From Nitrospirota bacterium (GTDB lineage Bacteria; Nitrospirota; UBA9217): a stretch of 64,000 nt of DNA. The position numbers and the translations under genes are program-made. The DNA lies in assembly GCA_035623825.1 (NCBI GenBank), contig DASPSR010000024.1:18555-82554 (forward strand). The letters are read 5' to 3'. Positions 52,713 through 64,000 of this stretch are shown here, one piece after another. Every line of letters begins with the position of its first letter. Position 1 is the stretch's first letter. The notes beneath the pieces are model-generated. The model saw nothing but the letters and a program-made list of their open reading frames with translations, made no database searches and had not been told where the DNA came from.

Positions 52713-53315
52713 TCAATCTATCGCGTTCAGACGACCCTTAAGATATGCTATTTTCGTCTCAAGGCCATGTCTAACCTGAGGCTCATCCACATCTACACCG
52801 TCAAGATAGATAGTATAAACGATACGGGAAGATCTGATAACCATATGGAATTGAGTATTGTCTCTGTAGAGATAAATCTCATCTGCCCGGTAAAGACCTG
52901 GAGCCACTGTTTCTTCACTTCCAAAAACTGATGGTGATGGTTCAAAGTTCATCCGCTTAAAAAGTTCACTGGCCTGTTCTGTTGATGACAGGATGTTCAC
53001 TAAACACAGATACTTTACTTCGCCTCCGTCTGGGCTCATTAGTATCGTGCCGTACAATCCTCTGAATCCAACCTTTTCTGAAGACATTTTAAAAAAGATA
53101 TAGGGCACATGATTTGGGGTCATCTTGTGTTGATATTTTTCTGTATGAAATTGCTTGATCTCTTCGGGTAGGAAAAGGTACTCACGATCTGCAGAGGTCA
53201 CCTCATCCATTTTTGAACAGGCTGTAAGAATGATCAGCGACAACAGTAAGATGACAGGAGCGCTAAATTTCTTCCCTTTCCTGCTGACAAAGACATTTTG
53301 TGTTACTTTCCTCAT
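52713..53315 (-). CDS. Hypothetical lipoprotein
   Basis: LLLSLIILTAC lipobox; 200-aa ORF. Confidence 0.65.
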   Translation of the reverse strand: MRKVTQNVFVSRKGKKFSAPVILLLSLIILTACSKMDEVTSADREYLFLPEEIKQFHTEKYQHKMTPNHVPYIFFKMSSEKVGFRGLYGTILMSPDGGEVKYLCLVNILSSTEQASELFKRMNFEPSPSVFGSEETVAPGLYRADEIYLYRDNTQFHMVIRSSRIVYTIYLDGVDVDEPQVRHGLETKIAYLKGRLNAID

Positions 53316-53486
53316 GATACGACAACTTCCGTCTAGCGTAACATATTCACCATGTGAAATTCAGCAATTGAACATTCTATATTAAGGATACCACAAATCC
53401 CAGGCTTCAGTCATGAAGGACCCCTGTAAGGACAAAAAGTGCTCCAAACAATGGAACTATTCGAGAAAATGTGGCTTTCATTTTTC

Positions 53487-53519
53487 AATGACATTCGGGT
53501 TATGTAACCGAAGGTCATT
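53487..53519. repeat. Palindromic recombination-site-like element
   Basis: AA-TGACATTCGGG-TTATGTA-ACCGAAGGTCA-TT. Confidence 0.8.
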
Positions 53520-53731
53520 TGAAGACAATGCGCGAGTTAAACACAGCGATGTACGACTGTGAAGTTATTTTCCGGTTGTAATATTTGTTATTTTATTAGC
53601 TAACAAATACCCATTTCACCTGAAACATTGATTTTTACGACCTTTCAGAATCTCAATATTTCATCTCAAAATGTACCATTGGTGGGGAAAATCCGCTGTA
53701 ACGGCCATCATGGCTGGCGTTGCAGCCCTTG

Positions 53732-55039
53732 TCATCGGCTTCTAAAAAGATAACGTAGCGATTCAACCGCCGTGCGACCAGAGTATTCGTGAACTGGTTT
53801 CACGATCTTTTTTAGAAGCATCGCACCCAGTCCTGATACGATGGCCGCTGCTCCGATGACAGAACAACCGACGGTCCACCCTACTTCAAAGCCGTACGAC
53901 TTGGCATAGGATATTGCAAGCGCAGTGATGACGGTCGGTCCTATCAGACCGCCGATACCTTTTGCAGTATACATAACACCGTAGTTGGACGATAAAAATC
54001 TGTCACCATAACGGTCCGCAGTAAGTGGCGGGAAAAAAGCAAACATCGGCCCGGTACAGAAAAAAGCCAACGTTGCAACGGTCATAAACGCATACGCGTT
54101 ATTCGAGACAAACGGCAGGAGGATGTACAGCAAACCACAAGCCACAAAATCAAAGAGCATTGCATTTTCTCTTCCAATCTTGTCGGAAATCACACCCCAG
54201 ACAATTCTCCCAAGTCCGTTTGCTGCCGTGAGCAACGTAAAGGTAATGATAAACATTGCTGAAGGTATTTTGTAGTCACTGGCCATGAGCTTGAGATTAG
54301 GTGTAAGGAACATATAACCAATGGCCATGAGTACAAACATACCATAAATTAGATAGAACTGGCCGGTCCCGCACATCTCCGCGGGATTATAGCATATGTC
54401 TTCACCTTCTTTTGGAACGGTTGGTCCCGTAGCCTCTTCGCATGCTGCAATGTCAGGTGGTCTGAGCACCTGAGCTACCAGAAGCAAGACTGCACCAAAC
54501 CCAATGCCGGTATAAAGGAAAGCGGTTTTGTAGCCATAATTCGAAATACATAAGGCTATTAACCATCCCAATAGAGCTGCGCCTGAACCGAATCCGCAAG
54601 CCATTATCCCCGAAGCGGTGCCTCTCTTCTTTGGAAACCATTTCAGTGCTGTGGCAATGCCGCCCGTATAAATAAAACTTGCGCCGATACCAGCAACTCC
54701 GTAAAAAACGCACATGAAAATAATCTTATCCTGTGTGCCAATACCTCCCCATCCGGCTGCGACCAGTACTGCGGCAAGTGTGAAAAAAATCTTTACGCCG
54801 AACTTGTCAATCAAATAACCGCTCAGGGGACCCGCAAAGGTCATACATGCTATGAAAGTCGCAAATGCAACCTGAACCGCAGACTTGTTAAATGTCGGAT
54901 TGGTCTTCAGGATATCAGGAACAAAAAGAGCCCATGCATACTGAAGACTGGATATCATTGTCATTCCGAGTACGCCGGCTGCCAACATTACCCATGGAGT
55001 GTTCATTAACCTGGTTTTTACTGCGTCCCCATTTCCCAT
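53732..55039 (-). CDS. oxlT: Oxalate/formate antiporter family MFS transporter
   Basis: SSLQYAW.LF, KWFP.KRG.ASG, NG.GRI.WG.ISD.IGRE, NYGVMYTAKG; next to oxalate oxidoreductase genes. Confidence 0.85.
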   Translation of the reverse strand: MGNGDAVKTRLMNTPWVMLAAGVLGMTMISSLQYAWALFVPDILKTNPTFNKSAVQVAFATFIACMTFAGPLSGYLIDKFGVKIFFTLAAVLVAAGWGGIGTQDKIIFMCVFYGVAGIGASFIYTGGIATALKWFPKKRGTASGIMACGFGSGAALLGWLIALCISNYGYKTAFLYTGIGFGAVLLLVAQVLRPPDIAACEEATGPTVPKEGEDICYNPAEMCGTGQFYLIYGMFVLMAIGYMFLTPNLKLMASDYKIPSAMFIITFTLLTAANGLGRIVWGVISDKIGRENAMLFDFVACGLLYILLPFVSNNAYAFMTVATLAFFCTGPMFAFFPPLTADRYGDRFLSSNYGVMYTAKGIGGLIGPTVITALAISYAKSYGFEVGWTVGCSVIGAAAIVSGLGAMLLKKIVKPVHEYSGRTAVESLRYLFRSR

Positions 55040-55190
55040 TTTCCCCTCCAATATCTCCCTTTTACTTTATTTTGAGGACCAATTCCGAGATGTACTCCGC
55101 TTTACTGGGTGGTAATTTCCCCAACGCATCGAGGCGAGGGGGAATCCCTCTCGCGAACACTTGCTCGACAGGGAGGACAGAGAACACGCC

Positions 55191-57405
<2,215 letters not shown>

Positions 57406-57419
57406 GATAAGTTCCTCCC

Positions 57420-57749
57420 CTAAAAAGGTTTCTCCAAACGAACCACCCCATCCTCAAAGTCAAGCTCTGGAACTGCGCTGAGGGCTTCGGACGGGCACTC
57501 ATGAATGCAGATCTGACAACCCTTGCAAAACTTCCAGTTCCATTCCATCACGTCATTCTTCTCATTGTATGCCCAGCAGGAATCGGGACAGGCAATATAA
57601 CAGGTGAGGCACCGGGTGCATTTCTCGTTATCGATAACCGGCCTCACAATGCGCCAATTCGATGTAATAAAGAGCTCTTGCTGCTTTACCGGAGCGGGTG
57701 TTATTGCCCCGAATGGCACTTCTCTTTCTTTGGGAACTTTAATCTCCAT
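57420..57749 (-). CDS. 2-oxoacid:ferredoxin oxidoreductase delta (2x4Fe-4S) subunit
   Basis: WR..RP, CTRCLTCYIACP, CKGCQICIHECP. Confidence 0.9.
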   Translation of the reverse strand: MEIKVPKEREVPFGAITPAPVKQQELFITSNWRIVRPVIDNEKCTRCLTCYIACPDSCWAYNEKNDVMEWNWKFCKGCQICIHECPSEALSAVPELDFEDGVVRLEKPF

Positions 57750-57802
57750 AATCTTATCTCCTTCCGATATTTATTCGGTTTTTATCCGATTTTCTTTTTT
57801 CC

Positions 57803-58441
57803 TTAACCACCCCAGGAGTACACTGAGCGGGATTTCCGGAACTTCTGGATCTTCACCTCATTGTAACCGCGGTCCATCCCGGCCACGTCACTTACAACCT
57901 TTGCGAGGGCCTCCTTTTTAACCATGCCAGACGCCTTTGCCATTGCTCCGAGAATAGGAGCGGCAATACCGCCCCCGATGCCGGCAGAGTCTACACCGCC
58001 TTCCGACCCGGAAAAATCAACGGTTTTAAGACCGGAGATGCCATCGGCATCTACCGTGGCAACGGCTCCGAGCACATCGGCGTTCGGAATGAACTGGAGC
58101 ATATAATCGATGGGACGGGCGGTATTAATGATCAAGAGGCCGCCTTCGGGCATGCCCCTCAACACATTGATCCCTTTTACAATGGTTGGTTCTGCGACGA
58201 CAACAACATCAGGATGGTCATTGGTGTAAGTATATTTCATTTCGATGTCTTCTTCGCTGATCCTGACGTATTTGCGCGTAGTGACCAAAACACGATCAGG
58301 CAGGTCCTCGTAATTGTCAAAGGCCTGCACAAATTTTCCCTCCGCCTCCGCAGCCTTGCCGAAGGCATTGGCGATATCACGACCTTCTTTGTCCATCACC
58401 ACCCCGCGGGTCCAAACGGTAATTTCGTAAACTTTTGCCAT
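57803..58441 (-). CDS. 2-oxoacid:ferredoxin oxidoreductase gamma subunit (corresponds to the N-part of OOR delta)
   Basis: EITVWTRGV, VQAFDNYEDLPDRV, YVRIS, LIINT; GGAGG RBS. Confidence 0.85.
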   Translation of the reverse strand: MAKVYEITVWTRGVVMDKEGRDIANAFGKAAEAEGKFVQAFDNYEDLPDRVLVTTRKYVRISEEDIEMKYTYTNDHPDVVVVAEPTIVKGINVLRGMPEGGLLIINTARPIDYMLQFIPNADVLGAVATVDADGISGLKTVDFSGSEGGVDSAGIGGGIAAPILGAMAKASGMVKKEALAKVVSDVAGMDRGYNEVKIQKFRKSRSVYSWGG

Positions 58442-58512
58442 ACCCACACCTCCAAAAAGTTTGTTCACAACAGGGACGGAATGACGTACCTACGTGCCCC
58501 ATGCACCGCATA

Positions 58513-59238
58513 TTATCGGCATTTCCCACCCCCTTTTCTCTTCTTGCCCACGCTTATCTCCTCTACCTGTTCTAAATGTCGAAGCATTGCCCGCCTCGCG
58601 GCAGCGCAGTCGCCTTTTTTGATGGCGGCGAAGACTGCCTCATGGCCTTTCAGCGATTTTTTTGCCCACTCTTCATTTTGCAGATACTGTTCACGGGTCT
58701 GCTCCAGAAGATCAAACAGCGCTAGGAGAAGACGCGCTAAGACACGGTTTTTCGCCATCCGTGCCAGCAGCGTATGAAAGTCGATATTAGTCACGGTGCT
58801 GTTTCCGCCGCCGGTAATTTGGTCTGCCTGCTGTTTAAGGACCGCCTCCATCTCGTTGATTTCCTCCAAAGTCGTATTTTCGGCAGCAAGCGATGCAACA
58901 TATGGTTCTATGATTTTGCGGATGAAAGAAATATCAAGGATATCGTCCTTTTCATGAAACAGGGCTGCTGCCAGCGGTTGCACGAGAGCCTCTTCACTGG
59001 AGGAGAGCACATAAGTGCCATTGCCCTGACGGCTTTGAACGAGCTTCATGGATTCGAGCGTACGGATGGCCTCGCGCACCGTGGCGCGGGACACCTTTAA
59101 TGTCTCGCCCAATTCCCGCTCGGTGGGGAGCTGATCGCCACGCTTAAGCCTTCCCTCTTCAATAAGTGTACGGATCTGCTCCACAATGTCTTCATAAGCT
59201 CGCTTTTTTTCAACTGCCTTTAACATGCCTGCACTCAT
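58513..59238 (-). CDS. FadR/GntR family transcriptional regulator
   Basis: GDQLPTERELG..LKVSRATVREA, G.GTYV, FCD domain DFH...HEAVF.AI...AM..HL. Confidence 0.93.
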   Translation of the reverse strand: MSAGMLKAVEKKRAYEDIVEQIRTLIEEGRLKRGDQLPTERELGETLKVSRATVREAIRTLESMKLVQSRQGNGTYVLSSSEEALVQPLAAALFHEKDDILDISFIRKIIEPYVASLAAENTTLEEINEMEAVLKQQADQITGGGNSTVTNIDFHTLLARMAKNRVLARLLLALFDLLEQTREQYLQNEEWAKKSLKGHEAVFAAIKKGDCAAARRAMLRHLEQVEEISVGKKRKGGGKCR

Positions 59239-61342
59239 CACACTCCCGCACCTTCTTGATGGCGGACGTAAAATGGTCACGTGTTACTGCCAGTTTTTTT
59301 GTGTCCTTGTCTTGTGATTCATGAATCAGTTCGGATATAGCCGTCATGGTTGCTGTCTTGCAGATGAACGCGATATGAGAGCCAACAAGTCCGTCGGTGA
59401 CCGCGGCCAACTGAGCCAAGTCTGCATCGGCACTGAGAGGTTTATCCTTGGTGTGCGCCTTAAATATTTCCAATCGCTCATGCTGGTCTGGAAGCGGGAA
59501 CTCAAGGATAAAATCAAGACGTCCTGCACGTAATAAAGCGGGATCAAGTAGGTCTTTCCGATTTGTGGCCCCGAGGACGACGACTTGGGAGAGATCGCTC
59601 AAATTGTCGAGTTCATTAAATAGCTGGCTTGCCATCCGTTCCACAACCCCTGCCTCGCTCACACCGCCCCGCTTCGGCACCAAGGCATCTATTTCATCAA
59701 AAAACAGGATGCAGGGAGCCGACTGCTTCGCTTTTTTAAAAATCTCATGGAGCGCTTTTTCCGATTCTCCCAGCCATTTTGAGAAAAGGATAGGACCGCT
59801 TATGGAAATGAGGTTTAGTCCGGTTTCGCCGGCCAGCGCCTTTGCCATGAGCGTTTTCCCGGTTCCGGAAGGACCGCTGAAAAGAATTCCTCTCGGCGGT
59901 GAAACGTTGCCGGCGCTGAAAAGGTCAGGATGCTTGTGAGGCCAATCGACAATCGACAAGAGCGTCTCTTTGATCGCATGCAGTCCGCCGATATGTTCCC
60001 ATGTTAGGGTTGACCGCTCGGTAAAAAATTCACGGGTTGCCGTGGGTTCAATTTCGCGGAGCGCATTTAAAAAGTCTTCCATGGTGACCTGCAGATGATC
60101 AGGGGGCGCGAGGAAAGAGTCGAGATTGCCTTTTCCGCAGAGAGCGAGGTATCTCCGCAACGAGACCATGCCTGCTTCTTTACAGAGGGCCTCTAAATCT
60201 GCTCCAACGAAGCCGTGGGTAATCTCAGAAATACGGTCGAGATCGACATTATCGGCAAGAGGCATTCGGTGGCTGTGAATTTTGAGAATGGCAAGGCGAC
60301 CGTCGGCATGAGGAACGGGGATTGAGATTTCTCGGTCAAAACGTCCGGGTCGCCGCAGGGCGGGATCGATCATTTCCGGAATGTTGGTTGCGCCGATAAC
60401 AATTACGTGGCCTCGTGGAACCATTCCGTCCATCAAGGCAAGGAGTTGGGCCACCACCCGTTTTTCAACATCTCCCAAGACCGCTGCCCTCTTCGGGGCA
60501 ATGGCATCGATCTCGTCGATAAAGATCACACTGGGTGCCTTGCGGGTCGCTTCTTCAAAGATTTCCCTGAGCCGCGCCTCGCTTTCGCCGTAGAATTTAT
60601 GGATTATTTCCGGTCCGTTGACCCTGATAAAATGAAGCTTGGTCTCGCCGGCAATGGCCTTTGCGATGAGGGTTTTCCCTGTCCCAGGCGGGCCGTAGAG
60701 AAGTATTCCTTTGGGGGCATCGATTCCCAGCTTCTTAAAGAGTTCTGCATTATGTAAAGGAAGCTCCACCATCTCCCGCACAAGTTGTAATTCATTTTTT
60801 AGCCCGCCGATATCTTCGTAGGAAACATGAGTAGCCGGCTCGTGCAAGTAATCGGGTTTTTTTAAAATGAAGCTCGTTTGCTGGTTAATGATGAGGGGGC
60901 CTGAAGGGGAAGTCGCTTCTACTTGGAAGAACCACTCTTTTCCTCCAAAGAGGGGAATATCGATTTTATCCTCCAAGAGGATTGGCCGTCCTTGGAGGAT
61001 TTTCCCGAAGAGTTCCATCTCATGCTCTTGGGGCAATGTTCCTTCACCATTCAATGGGTAAAGTACGACGCTAGTTGCCGTTGTGCGGGAGACCTTTTTA
61101 ATCTGTACCGTCATTCCGACATTGGTCTCGGCGTTTTCGCGAGTAAGGCTATCAATCTGAATGATGTGCTTGCCGCTCTCCTCGGGCAGGGTCCCAGTAA
61201 TCCGTGCCACAGTTTTTTTCTTTCCCGTGATTTCAATAAGATCGCCGAGTAAGGCATTTAGTGCTCTGATATCCTGGGGGTCAAGGCGGGCCAATCCCTT
61301 GCCGACGTCGTCGATTGGCAATTCGCTCACTTTTAGTTCCAT
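59210..61342 (-). CDS. CDC48/VCP-family double AAA+ ATPase
   Basis: N-domain DVGKG.ARLD; YEDIGGL, GPPGTGKT, DPALRRPGRFDRE; second AAA GPSGTGKT, FFDEID, GRLD; start 61342 or slightly upstream. Confidence 0.93.
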   Translation of the reverse strand: MELKVSELPIDDVGKGLARLDPQDIRALNALLGDLIEITGKKKTVARITGTLPEESGKHIIQIDSLTRENAETNVGMTVQIKKVSRTTATSVVLYPLNGEGTLPQEHEMELFGKILQGRPILLEDKIDIPLFGGKEWFFQVEATSPSGPLIINQQTSFILKKPDYLHEPATHVSYEDIGGLKNELQLVREMVELPLHNAELFKKLGIDAPKGILLYGPPGTGKTLIAKAIAGETKLHFIRVNGPEIIHKFYGESEARLREIFEEATRKAPSVIFIDEIDAIAPKRAAVLGDVEKRVVAQLLALMDGMVPRGHVIVIGATNIPEMIDPALRRPGRFDREISIPVPHADGRLAILKIHSHRMPLADNVDLDRISEITHGFVGADLEALCKEAGMVSLRRYLALCGKGNLDSFLAPPDHLQVTMEDFLNALREIEPTATREFFTERSTLTWEHIGGLHAIKETLLSIVDWPHKHPDLFSAGNVSPPRGILFSGPSGTGKTLMAKALAGETGLNLISISGPILFSKWLGESEKALHEIFKKAKQSAPCILFFDEIDALVPKRGGVSEAGVVERMASQLFNELDNLSDLSQVVVLGATNRKDLLDPALLRAGRLDFILEFPLPDQHERLEIFKAHTKDKPLSADADLAQLAAVTDGLVGSHIAFICKTATMTAISELIHESQDKDTKKLAVTRDHFTSAIKKVRECDECRHVKGS

Positions 61343-61398
61343 AATCAAGTAAGTGGTCCGGGAAATGGGCTTGTTGTTTGTACCACGCAATTTTTTAA

Positions 61399-61411
61399 AT
61401 GGTCAGACCAT
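61399..61411. promoter_or_regulatory. Putative FadR-family operator
   Basis: Inverted repeat ATGGTCAGACCAT (TGGT-N3-ACCA, FadR-subfamily pattern) upstream of the cdc48-fadR-oor operon. Confidence 0.7.
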
Positions 61412-61698
61412 ATGATGACTATATCACTTCTTCCTTTTTTGTCAAGGAAATATCCTTATTGACGTTGAAGCAGATGATGCCCGTCTGCTTGAATTTGTTG
61501 AAGTTTATATTCTTTGAAACCAGTAAACTTCTAATCTGTATTTGACACCATTACACCTGCTTTTAACCAATCGACAATGATAGGAGTCATTGACATGATT
61601 CCGCATCAGGCATATATTAATAAGCATGGAATACTGGATCCCAACCGATAATATCTTACGTTAAGCGATATCCGCTTAGCAGAATGAAGAGGAATAAT

Positions 61699-61809
61699 AT
61701 GGCGTCAGAAGGATATGTAGTTCTCGGAGGGGTACTTGTAATGGCTCTCTATGTCGCTCTCACTATCTATAGGGATAAACGCTCGAAGCATCCTCACAAT
61801 AAAAAATAG
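61699..61809 (+). CDS. Small single-TM protein (36 aa)
   Basis: GAGG RBS; MASEGYVVLGGVLVMALYVALTIYRDKRSKHPHNKK. Confidence 0.5.
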   Translation: MASEGYVVLGGVLVMALYVALTIYRDKRSKHPHNKK

Positions 61810-62240
61810 TTTGAAGAAAGTGAAAATCGTCGAATAAAACCCTATAATCTTCTTCGTCACAAAAAGAGATATTACTGATCAAATCAGAGTGCGGTAACAA
61901 GTTCATTTTATTTCATTGCATTTTGTGATATGTTTTTTATCGATAGACACTTCCCGTTTCTTTTGTTGTTGTCATTTGTTGTAACTTATAAACTTTCAAT
62001 TCGCATTCAACGGCGCTATTTGGACATAATTAGAAGGCGGGAATTTTGTGCTGGTAGCACTGCACGTTTCCAACCAGTAATCCTCACTGTTGCATAGCTT
62101 GATGACTATTTAGTTGTATATACTATGAATAAGCAGTAAGACAAACCCCATGGATAGTGCTACCCTGTGATTATTCGCAGAATATGTTACTACGGATCCA
62201 TAATCCGAAGCATAGGAATCCTATCCTCTCTCCTTCCCAA

Positions 62241-62280
62241 ATTTGAACCTCTGACCTTCGGGCTATGGACCCGAAGGTCA
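62241..62280. repeat. Perfect-armed palindromic site with tRNA T-arm remnant
   Basis: ATTTGAACCTC-TGACCTTCGGG-CTATGGA-CCCGAAGGTCA. Confidence 0.85.
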
Positions 62281-62599
62281 CTGATCCAAACGTTTATTGC
62301 ACTTTGATACGAAAGACACGTCAGGCGTTTTCTTGTTTTTTCGGAACCTCTCAGTCTCATGCCTATCAGGATTATCAAGTCCTTCGTCAAATTCGGAAAG
62401 ACTTCGCAGCCCAACTCCACCGGAAGAAGAGGGAAGTAAAGAGTCAAGAGGTTGAAAAAATTGAAAGTCAGGCATTTTCCTTGATGTGTTAGGACAAAAT
62501 ACACTCAAAAATAGGAAATTCTTACAATTACATTTCTGGCAGGCTCTTGTTATAGTGTAATCAAGAAAAGAGAAAATAAATGAAAAGGAGGAAAACAAA

Positions 62600-62845
62600 A
62601 TGCTTACGTACAATGGGGATCATAAGGTAGCTACAGTCGCCATGATGCTGGCGGGCCCGATCATCGGGTTGCTCTATGTGGTTTTCCTGCCAGTCATCGG
62701 CATCGCGACCCTGGCAGTAGTTGCAGGGCGGAAGGCACTGACAAGCGCAGTCAGCGTGGCCGGAAAGACGATTGCATTTGGGTGGAGGCCTGTGGAAGCG
62801 TATTTAGCAGGCAGAAAGAAAGAAAAGAAAAGGAACGAGAAGTAG
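62600..62845 (+). CDS. Small membrane protein
   Basis: AAGGAGG RBS; GPIIGLLYVVFLP...FGWRPVEAYLAGRKK. Confidence 0.75.
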   Translation: MLTYNGDHKVATVAMMLAGPIIGLLYVVFLPVIGIATLAVVAGRKALTSAVSVAGKTIAFGWRPVEAYLAGRKKEKKRNEK

Positions 62846-62950
62846 CTCTATCCGACCGCGGGCAAGGTGTGTAGCGTGCGCCTGGTGCAGTGAACCAACG
62901 AATGAAAGGGTGTGGATGGCACCCAAGATCTCAAGAAGGGGGAAAATACT

Positions 62951-63370
62951 ATGTATACCATGGTAGATTTTATTACACATGTAAAGGGAATCGAGTATAT
63001 CCTGTCGCTCCTCGCGATTGCCGGGTTTCTCGTTTTCTGGGAAATCCTGAAGCCGAGGCCGTTCAGGACGGTGGCCAACACCAGTGCGGATGACTTGGCG
63101 TATATCGAGCAGACGGGTGGATTGAAGAGCGTTGCGAAGAGCGTAGGCAGAATAGCTGCCGCGCCGTTCATCGGCCTCGCATATATTGCGATGCTGCCGG
63201 TGGGGTTCTTCGTTGCCCTGGCCGCAGCCATCGTCAACCTTGCCATGAAAGGCTTAGCGAGCATCGCAGGAAAGAGTGTGACCTTTGAGTGGAGGCCCGT
63301 GGAGGCATATTTAGCAGGCAGGAAGAATAAAACGGAGAAGGCCGGGACTAAGAAAGGCAGCGTGAAATAA
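62951..63370 (+). CDS. Small membrane protein with HmcD-like N-terminus and a paralogous C-domain
   Basis: MYTMVDFITHVKGIEYIL..GF..FW; APFIGLAYIAMLP...FEWRPVEAYLAGRK. Confidence 0.7.
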   Translation: MYTMVDFITHVKGIEYILSLLAIAGFLVFWEILKPRPFRTVANTSADDLAYIEQTGGLKSVAKSVGRIAAAPFIGLAYIAMLPVGFFVALAAAIVNLAMKGLASIAGKSVTFEWRPVEAYLAGRKNKTEKAGTKKGSVK

Positions 63371-63414
63371 GTCCCTAAACCAGGGAAGATTCCGCTAATT
63401 TTAAGTTACAAAAA

Positions 63415-63457
63415 TAAAAAGAGCCTCACTTGCAATTACAAGTGAGGCTCTTTTTTG
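63415..63457. terminator. Bidirectional intrinsic terminator
   Basis: AAAAAGAGCCTCACTTG CAATTA CAAGTGAGGCTCTTTTTTT. Confidence 0.85.
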
Positions 63458-63569
63458 GGAAATAGTTCGAACGATTTAACCCTCAGATTGCCTAAAGAAA
63501 CGTGCTAATAATCGAAAAAACAGGAGCAGGCACTAGCGCTATTATTGGCTCCTACCGTTTTGATACAAA

Positions 63570-63598
63570 TCCCATTCGGGTTTATTCCCGAAGGTCAT
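63570..63598. repeat. Palindromic site, left arm degenerate
   Basis: TCCCATTCGGG-TTTATT-CCCGAAGGTCAT. Confidence 0.7.
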
Positions 63599-63917
63599 CC
63601 ATTCAGCCTCAGCATATTTCTGTGATGGACAGCACTTTTGATAACAGACATTGTTAACAAACTCTCAACTTTATTTCAAATGGAAATATGGTATGAAGAC
63701 CCAGCCTGAATTCCACAACCTTCACCTACGAACTTTTTAAAAATTTAAATCTAATAGAATAACGACTATTTCCTGTAACTCACGAGTTGCCATTCTTGGA
63801 AACAGTCAACAGTTCTACAGAAAATTGTTATTTTTAAGCAGCCGTGTCGTTATCAACATCACCTACTAACTTTGATTTTGGTCAAGCGCAACTGTTAATA
63901 ATTTCAAGTTGAAACAT

Positions 63918-63976
63918 GCAGAACGCCGCCATGAGTGGCGCGTCTCTTACCAACCCTCTCGACGGTGTTGTTGGCC
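63918..63976 (+). other. Possible degenerate integron attC site
   Basis: GCAGAAC-GCCGCCATGAGTGG...CCTCTCGACGGTGTT-GTTGGCC; imperfect inverted repeat with AAC/GTT cores, ~59 bp. Confidence 0.4.
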
Positions 63977-64000
63977 ACGATGTTTCTTGACAGCAATGGA

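Overview
A 64-kb mosaic of accessory and metabolic genes from an anaerobic Gram-negative bacterium. The gene content (DsrC-like, HmcD-like, several sigma54 systems, Geobacter-type GEMM riboswitch) suggests Nitrospirota or Desulfobacterota; this is inference. Left to right: a frameshifted dsrC/tusE homologue, a GH13 amylase, a sigma54 operon (receiver, hemerythrin, PhnD-like binding protein, PAS kinase, bEBP), vapBC, and a 13-kb GC-rich five-gene DUF11 surface-structure operon. Then a sigma54-driven Cys/Met sulfur-assimilation operon, a Pat-type acetyltransferase, a c-di-GMP-I riboswitch ahead of a lactonase-like MBL hydrolase, and an oxalate oxidoreductase/OxlT/FadR/CDC48 operon. Two candidates for undescribed systems stand out. 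(1) In the DUF11 operon the domain is split between proteins: subunits end in a DUF11 domain missing its last strand, while partners begin with that missing 'GT.I.NTA' strand. This suggests a head-to-tail, possibly isopeptide-linked fibre with a lectin tip and an OmpA/beta-barrel anchor. (2) From 50.9 to 63.6 kb there is a series of tRNA-fMet anticodon-derived palindromic sites (TGACCTTCGGG-N7-CCCGAAGGTCA, variable spacer) separating integrase-free gene modules, like a pdif/integron-style cassette array. No complete rRNA or tRNA gene, CRISPR array, integrase or transposase was seen. All homology calls are from recognised motifs, not database searches.
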